The notes beneath the pieces were generated by a model that saw only the letters and a program-made list of their open reading frames with translations, had not been told where the DNA came from and searched no databases. 64,000 bases of DNA. It comes from an uncultured Desulfatitalea sp. (GTDB lineage: Bacteria; Desulfobacterota; Desulfobacteria; Desulfobacterales; Desulfosarcinaceae). Each line of letters opens with the position of its first letter. The first letter of the stretch is position 1. A program made the position numbers and the translations under genes. The DNA is taken from the NCBI GenBank assembly GCA_963668675.2, contig CAXXMB010000002.1, positions 3,104,001 through 3,168,000 of the forward strand, given 5' to 3'. Shown piece after piece: positions 48,721 through 57,804 of the stretch.

Positions 48721-50307
48721 TTATACCAAACCTAATATCTTCCACCAGACGGCTGCAACAAGAATTAATATAATCAGCAGCACGGGTGTGGCGACAAGAC
48801 CGACCTTGGTGATATCGGATGCTTTGAATTGACGGAAGCTATAGGCAATGGCGTTGGGCGGGCAGCCGATGACCAGCAGCATGGCGAACGAAGTGGCGGT
48901 TCCCAGGCACAGTGCCAACACCCGGGGATCGACGCCTTCCAGTTCCGCCATCGGTATGACGATGGGCAGGATCAAGGCGGCTGCAGCCACATTGGCCATG
49001 GCATTGGTCACCAGCGCCCCGAAGACAGCCACACCGGCAAACAGCAGAAGCCAGCCGCCGCCTTTGACCAGCGGAAAAAACAGGTTTGCAAAGTAGGTCG
49101 CGGCGCCTGAATACCCCATGGCCAGCCCTAAAGAGATACCGCCGCCGAAAATGAAGAGGGCCGTTCCCCACTCCAGGTTTTCATGGACGTCATCCCATTT
49201 CAGGATGCCGGCCAACACAAGCGCTGCCACGGCCAGCATGCCGGTCACCGAGTAATCGAGTCCATGCATCCCCTTGGTCAACCACAAGAGAAACGCCGCC
49301 GCTATGATGACCAGGGTGATGATCTCCTTGTAGGACCAAGGCGGCATTTTATCATCGAACTTGGGCAGTTCCAGGGTCTTGTCCGGTCGGAATACCAGAT
49401 AGCACACCCCCACGGCAGCAGGCACCGTCACCAGGGCCATGGGCATGGCGAACTTGATCCAATCCATGAAATTGATCTCAATCCCCGTGAACTCCTTGAG
49501 AAACGCGGCCGAGACCATGCAGCGCCCGCCGCCGATAAGGGTTCCCATACCGCCGCAGGAGCAGGCGAACGCAAGGGAGATCAACATGAACTTGGCCGTG
49601 TTGGTATGGGGATGGATGCCGGCGGCGCGCATAAGCGGCAGCATGGTAACGATGCCAATGGAGACCGCGGCGGCGTCGTGCATAAACGACGACGAGAGGC
49701 CTAACCCGATACTGATCAGAAACGTAAAGCGAACCACGTTGGTGCCGGCCTTCTGCACGATGAAATGCCCCAACCGTTTGGTCAGGCCCGCTTTTTCCAG
49801 GGAGATGGCAAAAATCAGGCAGCACATGATGAAGACCACCACCGGATGCATATAGGGCGCCCAGGCGGTTTTCACATCCACTATCTGCATGGCCACCAGG
49901 GAGACACCGATAAGGATGGCGGTAATTTCAAGGGGAATGGGTTCAACCAGAAAGAGGAAAATCAGCACGGCCAAAATGGCCAGAAACCGCATCGCTTTGG
50001 GGGAGAGGCCGTCGACGGTTTCATATTGGACCTGGCTGTTTTTATGCGCCTCGATTTTGCTCTTTAGGTAACCCTCCACGGATTCCATATCGCCCGACGC
50101 CTGGAGCTCGACCGTATAGTTATCGGGTGTGGCGTCGTTTGATGTGACCATTTCGAATTGTCCACGAATGGTCTCGTAAAATCGATGATCACTATCACCC
50201 GATATGGTGAATCGCGTTCCTTCCGGCCTGGGCAGCATCATGATGACAACGCCCAGGAACAAGGCGCAAAGTATTTGAACATGTTTCGATTTGAGAAGGG
50301 ATAACAT
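48721..50307 (-). CDS. SLC13/DASS-family transporter
   Basis: Membrane core nearly identical to 45184..46770; AAGGAG RBS; start 50307 or 50310. Confidence 0.9.
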   Translation of the reverse strand: MLSLLKSKHVQILCALFLGVVIMMLPRPEGTRFTISGDSDHRFYETIRGQFEMVTSNDATPDNYTVELQASGDMESVEGYLKSKIEAHKNSQVQYETVDGLSPKAMRFLAILAVLIFLFLVEPIPLEITAILIGVSLVAMQIVDVKTAWAPYMHPVVVFIMCCLIFAISLEKAGLTKRLGHFIVQKAGTNVVRFTFLISIGLGLSSSFMHDAAAVSIGIVTMLPLMRAAGIHPHTNTAKFMLISLAFACSCGGMGTLIGGGRCMVSAAFLKEFTGIEINFMDWIKFAMPMALVTVPAAVGVCYLVFRPDKTLELPKFDDKMPPWSYKEIITLVIIAAAFLLWLTKGMHGLDYSVTGMLAVAALVLAGILKWDDVHENLEWGTALFIFGGGISLGLAMGYSGAATYFANLFFPLVKGGGWLLLFAGVAVFGALVTNAMANVAAAALILPIVIPMAELEGVDPRVLALCLGTATSFAMLLVIGCPPNAIAYSFRQFKASDITKVGLVATPVLLIILILVAAVWWKILGLV

Positions 50308-50445
50308 CAATATTCTCCTTGGTGCCCACGAGCAATATACGTATCACTTCCTGGGAATGATGGGTTCGTCACGTATGTGTTGATGAGTAGGCGATGCAAG
50401 GCCTTTTCGGTTGACCGATGCCTCCCAATCGATGACGGTGCCGTA

Positions 50446-50850
50446 TCAGCCATCCTGACCTCTTTTATGCGCCTCCTTGATTTTAGCGATCAAGTCATGC
50501 AATTCGCACGGCTTGGTGAGGTAGTCAAACGCCCCCTCCTTGATGCCATCTTTGGCCGCTTCTTCTGAACCGTGGCCCGTCAACATGATCACATTGATAT
50601 GGGGTACCATCCTCTTCAGGATTTTCAGGACCTCGATGCCGTCCATGTCTTCGAGTTTGAGATCCAGGACGATGACATCGAAATCCGTGTCTCGAAGCTT
50701 TTGAATCGCTTCTGTGCCGCTGAAGGCTTTGGTCGCGACAATATTGCGTTTCAAAAGCCGATTGGCCAAAACATTGACGTAGCAAATCTCATCGTCAACC
50801 AATAAGACATTGATGGGAGCGCTTTTGTCGCCACGTTCAGCAGTCATCAT
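50446..50850 (-). CDS. Stand-alone response regulator receiver
   Basis: 'VDDE', 'LDLKLEDMDG', 'TGHG', 'KPC'. Confidence 0.92.
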   Translation of the reverse strand: MMTAERGDKSAPINVLLVDDEICYVNVLANRLLKRNIVATKAFSGTEAIQKLRDTDFDVIVLDLKLEDMDGIEVLKILKRMVPHINVIMLTGHGSEEAAKDGIKEGAFDYLTKPCELHDLIAKIKEAHKRGQDG

Positions 50851-50920
50851 TTATCCTCTTTGTACCTTTTTTCTCCGGGCAACGCCGGGCGTGAATGCAG
50901 GAACGACCTCGCGGTGAGCA

Positions 50921-51352
50921 TCAGGGTTTACGCAGCGTAATCGCCTTCACCCTGGCTTCAATGATCTTCTCTTCATGCTGCCGCTTTTTGGCCGCCGCCT
51001 CCAAGACTTTTTCGACCAGCTCATCGGCGTTGCATGGCTTCAGGAGATAATCGAAGGCGCCCTTTTTCATCCCATCGATACCTGTCTCCACGGTGCCGTG
51101 GCCGGTGAGCATGATGACTTCTACCAAAGGGTGGTTGCTTTTGATCTTCCCAAGGGCCTCCATACCATCCATTACAGGCATTTTGATATCGAGTATAACG
51201 ACTTCAATCGTGCTATCCTGCGCCAGTTTCTCCAAAGCCTCCTGCCCGTTGTACGCCGGCACAATGTCTACTTCTCGTTTGTTGAGACGCTTGACCATGG
51301 TGTCCACAAAGGGCTTTTCATCGTCGACCAACATCACTTTTGCTATCGTCAT
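50921..51352 (-). CDS. Stand-alone response regulator receiver
   Basis: 'VDDE', 'LDIKMP', 'TGHG', 'KPC'; overlaps the kinase stop. Confidence 0.92.
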   Translation of the reverse strand: MTIAKVMLVDDEKPFVDTMVKRLNKREVDIVPAYNGQEALEKLAQDSTIEVVILDIKMPVMDGMEALGKIKSNHPLVEVIMLTGHGTVETGIDGMKKGAFDYLLKPCNADELVEKVLEAAAKKRQHEEKIIEARVKAITLRKP

Positions 51353-53157
51353 GGTTTTATCTCCTCCGATTGTCGACGACCGTTTGCCGGGTCGTCCGGT
51401 TTGACTGAATCGCTTATGCTCTGCTTGAGCGGTTGGGCTTGAGCCCCTTTGCTTTGATTGACGGGGAGGCTGATCGTAAACGCCGTTCCTTTCTCCACTT
51501 CGCTTTGAACATCGATGTGGCCCCCCATCTTGTTGATGATGCCGTAGCAGATCGACAGCCCCAGTCCGGTCCCCTTGCCGACGGGTTTGGTCGTGAAGAA
51601 CGGATCGAAGATGCGCTGTAGGTTGGCCTGGGCAATACCGGGGCCGGTGTCTTCCAGGGTGATGACCACAACATCGTCATTGCGCTTTGAACGGATATTG
51701 ATTTCACCACCCGATTTTTCCATGGCATCCAACGCGTTGTTGACGATGTTTAACAGCACTTGCTGCAGCTCTGTTTCACTGGCCTGTATGTTCGGCAGAT
51801 TATTCTCGAAGTGTTTGTTGATTTTGATGTTGCTGTACTTGGACCGCTGCTCGGATAGATAGACCACCTCGTCCAAGGCGTCGTTGATCGAAACTTCCTG
51901 GATGCGCGAATCGGTTTTACGTGCAAAGCTGAGCAGCTTGTGAGTGATGTCTTTGCAGCGCTTGCCCTGGGTATGGATCTGGCGAAGGGCCCGGTGGATT
52001 TCATCCAGATTGTCGCTTTGCTCAATCGGAGGATTTTCCTCTTCCAGGAGGTCTTCGATCCACCCGGCTTCCTCGACCATGATGGCAACGGGGTTGTTGA
52101 TTTCGTGGGCGATGCCGGCGGCCAGTTCGCCGATGGAGGCCAGTTTCCCGGTTTCGATCACCTGCTGGGACATCATCTCACGCTCTTGATCGGCCTGGCT
52201 TTTTTCTCGATCCGCCTGGGAGATGCGCTTGATGAGGCCGCGGCTGAGCACAAGGCTGGTGCCGACGATAACCAAAGCGCCGGCCAGCATAATGATGATG
52301 GCGATGCGTTGGGTATCATAAAGCTCTGCATAAGCGTCCTTCAGATCCTGTTGAAGGATCATCATCCAATCCCCCTGTTTGAGATCGACAGATGCGTAAA
52401 TGATTTGATGGCCCTTTTGGTTCTTCTTTGTGATCACCGTCGGTGATTGGCCGAGCTTGTCGGGGGCCATCAGTTTAAGGATCATTTTGGGGTCTTCCGT
52501 TTCGGCGCTAGGTTTCGTCTGAAACTCACCGGTTTTGTTCAAAATGAAGGCAAAGCCGGTCTTCCCGATGCGAAGATTCTCAACGAGGTCGTTAAACGAG
52601 CGGAAATCGATGGTGGCTCTCAGAATCCAATGCCGGCCTTTATCTGATTGCCTAACCGAAATGATAAAGTGCGGTTCGGCCCGCAGCCCATAAAACACGT
52701 CACTCGTAAAATAGGTGGTTTCGATCGCTTTCTTAAACCAATCCGCTTCGGAGTAATCCGCATTGATCAGCGCGTGGGGGCCTGCGTATGAAACCTGAAT
52801 ACCCTCTTGGTTGATCAGTCCCAGATCGACGAAAACGCGGTCATACGATTGCTGAAGGTCGGAGAGTTTCTGTTTGATGAAATAGGGGTTGTTGAACGAA
52901 TCGAAACCAAAATTATAGGCCAGCAGTCGGATGTTGGCCAGTTTTTCCTTGAGGAAAAGGTTGATGTTTTTTTTATGGTGCCACGCCACCATCTCTAGAT
53001 GTGCGTTGACCTTTTGCCGATAGGAGGTCCTGAAGTTATCGAGTATAAAGATGCTGACGATGACCATGGGGGTTATCGACGCAATGAGAATGGTAAAGAT
53101 GATGTTGCGGAAAAAGGTGCGGTAGTATCGCTGTTGTAACGTCTCTTTGATTTCCAT
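51349..53157 (-). CDS. Membrane sensor histidine kinase with Cache-like domain (module C)
   Basis: 'YAGP...WF...RAEPHFIIS', H-box 'GIAHEINNPV', 'GTGLGL'. Confidence 0.92.
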   Translation of the reverse strand: MEIKETLQQRYYRTFFRNIIFTILIASITPMVIVSIFILDNFRTSYRQKVNAHLEMVAWHHKKNINLFLKEKLANIRLLAYNFGFDSFNNPYFIKQKLSDLQQSYDRVFVDLGLINQEGIQVSYAGPHALINADYSEADWFKKAIETTYFTSDVFYGLRAEPHFIISVRQSDKGRHWILRATIDFRSFNDLVENLRIGKTGFAFILNKTGEFQTKPSAETEDPKMILKLMAPDKLGQSPTVITKKNQKGHQIIYASVDLKQGDWMMILQQDLKDAYAELYDTQRIAIIIMLAGALVIVGTSLVLSRGLIKRISQADREKSQADQEREMMSQQVIETGKLASIGELAAGIAHEINNPVAIMVEEAGWIEDLLEEENPPIEQSDNLDEIHRALRQIHTQGKRCKDITHKLLSFARKTDSRIQEVSINDALDEVVYLSEQRSKYSNIKINKHFENNLPNIQASETELQQVLLNIVNNALDAMEKSGGEINIRSKRNDDVVVITLEDTGPGIAQANLQRIFDPFFTTKPVGKGTGLGLSICYGIINKMGGHIDVQSEVEKGTAFTISLPVNQSKGAQAQPLKQSISDSVKPDDPANGRRQSEEIKP

Positions 53158-53207
53158 TCCGGCACATCCTTGTTGTGATTCCAGAGTGAGGCCTCAACGA
53201 TCTGAAA

Positions 53208-53223
53208 TGCACGTGACATGCCA
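53208..53223 (-). promoter_or_regulatory. Candidate sigma54 promoter driving module C
   Basis: Minus strand TGGCAT-GTCAC-GTGCA (GG-N10-GC), about 50 bp upstream of the kinase start. Confidence 0.6.
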
Positions 53224-53340
53224 TGAGGATTGTCGCCGCAATGAGTCGTTTCTGTCGAAAAAATAGATGCAATTTCAGATAGCAAGCCTTTGGCCAATGC
53301 GGGGCGCGGTGCACTATGTGTGAGAGGAGGGATCGGCCGC

Positions 53341-53375
53341 GCGGGGCGTTTCTCCCCGCAGGGGTATAATGCCCC
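53341..53375. promoter_or_regulatory. Tandem GGGG-N7-CCCC palindromes (candidate UAS for EBP2)
   Basis: GCGGGG-CGTTTCT-CCCCGC (53341-53359) and GGGG-TATAATG-CCCC (53361-53375), about 120-150 bp upstream of the sigma54 site. Confidence 0.5.
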
Positions 53376-53389
53376 GCTTGCAGGGCGGG

Positions 53390-54721
53390 CTATTTTTGAA
53401 TTTTCTTGACCTTTTCGCGCAGTGTTTTTCGGTCGATGCCTAAGATCTCGGCCGCTTTGGTTTTGTTGCCTTCCACGCCTGCCAGAACATTTAAAATATG
53501 CTCTGTTTCGACCTCTGACAACGATCTGCTACCTGTATGTGAGGTGCTGATATTGTAACGCATGGCCTCGGGTAGATCGCCGACATCGATGCGGTCATCG
53601 TCAATGATGACCAGCAGGCGCTGCAAGAGATTCTCCAGTTCGCGAATGTTGCCCGGCCAGCCATAGTTCATCAGGGCATTTAGGGCGCTGTCGGTAAATG
53701 CCGGCTGCTTGCGGTCCATATCACGGCAAAAATGGGAGACAAAGTGGTTGACCAGGGCGGGCACGTCCTCTTTTCGCTCCCGCAGCGGTGGGATCGGTAT
53801 ATCGATGATGTTCAAACGGTAATAGAGGTCTTCCCTGAAAAGTTTTTTGTGGACCAGGCTCGGCAGGTCCTTATGGGTGGCGGCAATGATACGGGTGTCG
53901 ACCTTGCGCACCTGGCTGGAGCCGACCATGAAGATCTCTTTGCTTTGGATGGTTCTCAGCATCTTTCCCTGGAGGTTCAAGCTGGCATCGCCGATCTCGT
54001 CCAGAAAGATGGTGCCGTTGTGCGCGACCTGGAAAAAGCCTTCGCGTGAAACGTTGGCGCCGGTAAAGGCGCCCTTCACATGGCCGAACAGCTCGCTTTC
54101 GAGCAGGCTGTCGGGTATGGCCGTGCAGTTTACCGGGACGAACGGCGCGGCCGAACGGGGGCCTTCGTAGTGGATGGCGCGGGCCACCAGCTCTTTACCG
54201 GTGCCGCTTTCACCCGAGATCAGAACATTGGCGCTCAGGGCCGCTGCCTTGGCGATCATCTTGAATACCTGCTGCATGCCCGGCGAGTTGCCCACGATAC
54301 CGTGAGAAGTGATCGGTTCGCTATCGGTCTGGACACTCCGCCGGCGTTCGAGCTTCTCTAGTGCCTGCCCAACCGCTGTAAGCAGCTCCTGCTCGGTGAA
54401 TGGTTTGGCCAGGTAGGCTTCAGCCCCCTTCTTGACCGCTTCCACCGCGCCGTCGATGGTGGCGTAGCCGGTCACCATGATGACCGCCGCGTCCCGATGA
54501 TTTTCATGGATATATTGGATAAGCTCCATGCCGCTGTGTTTGGGCATTTTGTAGTCGGTGATGACAAGGTCGATGGGAACCCGGTTCAATGCGCTCACCG
54601 CCTCCACCGCACTCTGGCAGGTTTTGACATCGTACCCGGCATTTTGCAGTATCCGCTGGATCACCTCCAGGGTGTTGGGATTGTCGTCGACCGCCAGCAG
54701 TCTGATATTTTGGATTTTCAT
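53390..54721 (-). CDS. NtrC-family sigma54-dependent response regulator (EBP2)
   Basis: REC, 'GESGTGKE', 'GAFTGA', 'WPGNIREL', HTH 'GNKTKAAEILGIDRKTL'. Confidence 0.95.
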   Translation of the reverse strand: MKIQNIRLLAVDDNPNTLEVIQRILQNAGYDVKTCQSAVEAVSALNRVPIDLVITDYKMPKHSGMELIQYIHENHRDAAVIMVTGYATIDGAVEAVKKGAEAYLAKPFTEQELLTAVGQALEKLERRRSVQTDSEPITSHGIVGNSPGMQQVFKMIAKAAALSANVLISGESGTGKELVARAIHYEGPRSAAPFVPVNCTAIPDSLLESELFGHVKGAFTGANVSREGFFQVAHNGTIFLDEIGDASLNLQGKMLRTIQSKEIFMVGSSQVRKVDTRIIAATHKDLPSLVHKKLFREDLYYRLNIIDIPIPPLRERKEDVPALVNHFVSHFCRDMDRKQPAFTDSALNALMNYGWPGNIRELENLLQRLLVIIDDDRIDVGDLPEAMRYNISTSHTGSRSLSEVETEHILNVLAGVEGNKTKAAEILGIDRKTLREKVKKIQK

Positions 54722-54748
54722 TGCCTGTCCGATTCGTGCGTTGCCGGT

Positions 54749-56227
54749 TTAATGGGATGCCTTGTGCCGCGGAAGGGTGATCCGGAACACCGATCCTTCC
54801 CCCTCTTTGCTCTGCACCGACACCTTGCCGCCGTGTTCCTCTACGATGCCGTATACGACCGCCAGACCCAGCCCCGTGCCCTGGTCCACCTCTTTGGTGG
54901 TGAAAAACGGGAGAAAGATTTTATCGAAAATTTCACGCTGTATGCCGGCCCCGTTGTCCCGGACCGATAAATAAACGGTGTTGCCGTCCGAGCCGGTGCG
55001 GATGGTCAGCCGCCCCCCATGGGGCATGGCATGGATGGCATTGACGACCAGATTGACCAGCACCTGATTGAGTTGGGCCGAGTCTCCTACGATGGACGGC
55101 AGGTCGGGCTGAAGATCGAGGGCCACCTCGATGTCGTTTTTTGCGCAGCGGAACTCGATAAAATCGAGCCATTCGGCGACAATGGCGTTGAGGTCGACTT
55201 CGGTCTGCATGGGGTGGCTCTGTCGGCTGAAAAGCAATATTCTTTTTATCACCTCCCTGGCATATAGGGAGGATTTCACGATGCGAACGAGGTCCTGGTA
55301 GGTCTCATCGGGCAGATCGGGACGTCGTGATGCCAGTTGGGCGAATCCGAGGATGTCGGTTAACGGGTTGTTGAGTTCATGGGCGATGCCGGCGGCCAGT
55401 TCGCCCACCGATACCAGCCGGTCGGCGTGCATGAGCTGGTCCTGCATCTCCCGCTTTTCCAGTTTGAAGGCCAGCTGCCGGGCCACATCTATTAGCAGTT
55501 GGTGCTCCTTCTCATTGAAGTCGACCTTCTTCCGGTCGGCCGGCGGATGGTGAAGGCGATAGCCGACTTCGACACAGCCGCGCTCCTCCCCCCTGACAAT
55601 GACCTGTTCGGTGATGCGTTTGTCCGCCTCTTCAAAACCAGGGGTCTTGTAGGAGACACCGTCCAGAAGGATGTGGACCGAGGCCCGGCGGGGATAGCGC
55701 AACGCGGGCAACAGCAGTTGGGCGATGAGTGCCAGTTTGTCGTCGAAGCTGCGTCCCACTTCAACAATGATCTGTGAGATGCCGTAAAGGCAGGTCATCA
55801 GCTTGTTGCGTTCGACCAGGCGGTGATGCTCGGCCATCAGCCGCTCTTCGTTGGCCATGCGCTGGGACATTGCCCGGCCGACACCGATCAGATATGGCCT
55901 GTCATCACCGGGTGCCTCCATACGTTGGAATTGCCACTCGAGGTAGAGGGGCGTGCCGTTCGCATCTGTGACCCAGTTCAGGTGGCGGCCATGGCCACCG
56001 GTCAGCAGCAGTTGATCGAAGAACTCCCGGCTTGATGGTTGCCCCTCCATCGCTTCGAACAGGTCATACCACCGGTCCCCAAGGGGCTGAAGATGCGCCA
56101 GGCGATCGCAATCCTCCAGCAGGCAGTGCAAGACCCGGATGCGGCCATCGCCGGATATCTGTACGAAAACGCCCTGAATGGTTTCCAACAGGAGTGCGTT
56201 TTCCGATGTGAATTTGTCGAATTCCAT
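54749..56227 (-). CDS. Cytoplasmic sensor histidine kinase (degenerate PAS/GAF-like input)
   Basis: No TM; PAS-like 'YLEW...LIGVGR'; H-box 'GIAHELNNPL'; 'GTGLGL'. Confidence 0.88.
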   Translation of the reverse strand: MEFDKFTSENALLLETIQGVFVQISGDGRIRVLHCLLEDCDRLAHLQPLGDRWYDLFEAMEGQPSSREFFDQLLLTGGHGRHLNWVTDANGTPLYLEWQFQRMEAPGDDRPYLIGVGRAMSQRMANEERLMAEHHRLVERNKLMTCLYGISQIIVEVGRSFDDKLALIAQLLLPALRYPRRASVHILLDGVSYKTPGFEEADKRITEQVIVRGEERGCVEVGYRLHHPPADRKKVDFNEKEHQLLIDVARQLAFKLEKREMQDQLMHADRLVSVGELAAGIAHELNNPLTDILGFAQLASRRPDLPDETYQDLVRIVKSSLYAREVIKRILLFSRQSHPMQTEVDLNAIVAEWLDFIEFRCAKNDIEVALDLQPDLPSIVGDSAQLNQVLVNLVVNAIHAMPHGGRLTIRTGSDGNTVYLSVRDNGAGIQREIFDKIFLPFFTTKEVDQGTGLGLAVVYGIVEEHGGKVSVQSKEGEGSVFRITLPRHKASH

Positions 56228-56391
56228 TTATTCTGCTGAACTATAGGAAAAAATCTCGTTTTTCAAGACGCGCATACGGTTTGGCATCTCAACTGCTGTC
56301 CGTTTCGCCGAGGGGTCGATGGATGAACAGACAACCGATTGCGACAGATGACTTGTCGGGGGCCTGCCTGATTGGCGTCGATTCGGCTTTT

Positions 56392-56604
56392 CTATTTGTC
56401 TTGAGAAGACTTTCGTGTCCAAAAAACCGTCAATGCACCTACCAAAACACCAACCAGGAAAGCGCCGGCCAGCATAATGACCCGTGGTGCGGAGATAGTG
56501 AAGAAAAGAATTTGGGTATCCACCCGCTGGGTGTTCTGCAGAAAAACAATCAACACCAGGATGGAGATGACGGCAATGATAATGGCCTTTGTTTTGTTTT
56601 TCAT
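56392..56604 (-). CDS. Small membrane protein, LapA/DUF1049-like
   Basis: 70 aa, two TMs, 'IVFLQNT..V...LF'. Confidence 0.75.
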   Translation of the reverse strand: MKNKTKAIIIAVISILVLIVFLQNTQRVDTQILFFTISAPRVIMLAGAFLVGVLVGALTVFWTRKSSQDK

Positions 56605-56718
56605 TTTTGAAAGTTCCTTATGAAGAGAGAACGAACCCTTGAAATTCAAATTCGAAAAAGGTTGCGAATAGATACCGCCGGGTGCGGCGGGACTGCCAAG
56701 CCCTGCTCGGAAAATGGG

Positions 56719-57804
56719 TCATATCCATTTTTTCCGCTTGAAAAAAACAAGCATGGCAATGGCGATAGCGGCAACAATCGCCCATATAGCGGCGTAGCCC
56801 CAGCGCCAGTGCAGCTCGGGCATGTGATCAAAGTTCATGCCGTAGATGCCGGCCACGAAGGTCATCGGGATAAAGATGGTGGCGATGATGGTCAGCACCT
56901 TCATCACCTCGTTCATGCGGTTGCTTACTGTGGACATGTATAGCTCGAGCAGCCCGCCCAACATGTCGCGGTAGATTTCGACGGTGTCCAACACCTGGAT
57001 CACATGGTCGTAGACATCCACCAGGAAGACATGGGTGGAGGGTTGTATGCGTTCAAACTCCCCCCGGCTCAATAGCCCGACCATTTCGCGCAGTGGCCAG
57101 ATCTGCTTGCGCAAATGGAGCGCTTCCCTTCTCAGATGGTGAATGGCTTGCAGCGTCTGTTTGCCCGGGAGCTCTCCCAGGAGCTCTCCCTCAAGGTTTT
57201 CAATCTGCTCTCCAAGCTGTTCAAGGATCAGATAGTAGTTGTCGACCACCGCATCGATCAGCGCATAGGTGAGATAGTCGCACCCGCTGTTCCGGATACG
57301 TCCCTTTCCTTTTCGAATACGCTCGCGCACCGAATCGAAAACATCCCCCGGTGCCTCTTGAAAAGAGACTAAAAAGCGGGATCCAAGTATCAGACTGATC
57401 TGTTCCGAGATGATCCTCTCTTTTGTCTCGTCGTAGTGAAGCATTTTCATCACTAAGTAGAGGTAGGTGTCGAACTCCTCGACCTTGGGGCGGTGGGCTG
57501 TGTTGACGATATCTTCCAAGGTCAGGGGATGGATGCCGAACGTGGCACCAAACCTTTCCAGCAGCGCGATATCGTGAATGCCGGTGACATTGATCCAGCT
57601 GGTGCCCGGCCGGTCGCGAAGCGGAGCGATCTGCTCGGCGTCTGTCACTTCACGTTCATCCAGGTGATCGGCAGTGAAATCCATAACCGAAATGAGAGGG
57701 CGATCGGTCTTTTGCTCGCCGACGAAGACCAGGGTGCCCGGTGGCCGTCCAATTTTTCTTTTGCGTGTTTTGACATGTTTGGTCATGGGAGCACCTTTCG
57801 GCAT
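56719..57804 (-). CDS. corA: Magnesium/cobalt transporter CorA
   Basis: 'GRPPGTL', 'HPLTLED', 'RPK', signature 'YGMNF..MPEL'; start 57804 or 57786. Confidence 0.95.
   Translation of the reverse strand: MPKGAPMTKHVKTRKRKIGRPPGTLVFVGEQKTDRPLISVMDFTADHLDEREVTDAEQIAPLRDRPGTSWINVTGIHDIALLERFGATFGIHPLTLEDIVNTAHRPKVEEFDTYLYLVMKMLHYDETKERIISEQISLILGSRFLVSFQEAPGDVFDSVRERIRKGKGRIRNSGCDYLTYALIDAVVDNYYLILEQLGEQIENLEGELLGELPGKQTLQAIHHLRREALHLRKQIWPLREMVGLLSRGEFERIQPSTHVFLVDVYDHVIQVLDTVEIYRDMLGGLLELYMSTVSNRMNEVMKVLTIIATIFIPMTFVAGIYGMNFDHMPELHWRWGYAAIWAIVAAIAIAMLVFFKRKKWI

Noticed and set aside
56282..56297. sigma54-like TGGCATCTCAACTGCT on the plus strand
   Set aside because: Points away from the adjacent kinase, with no plus-strand gene downstream; likely chance
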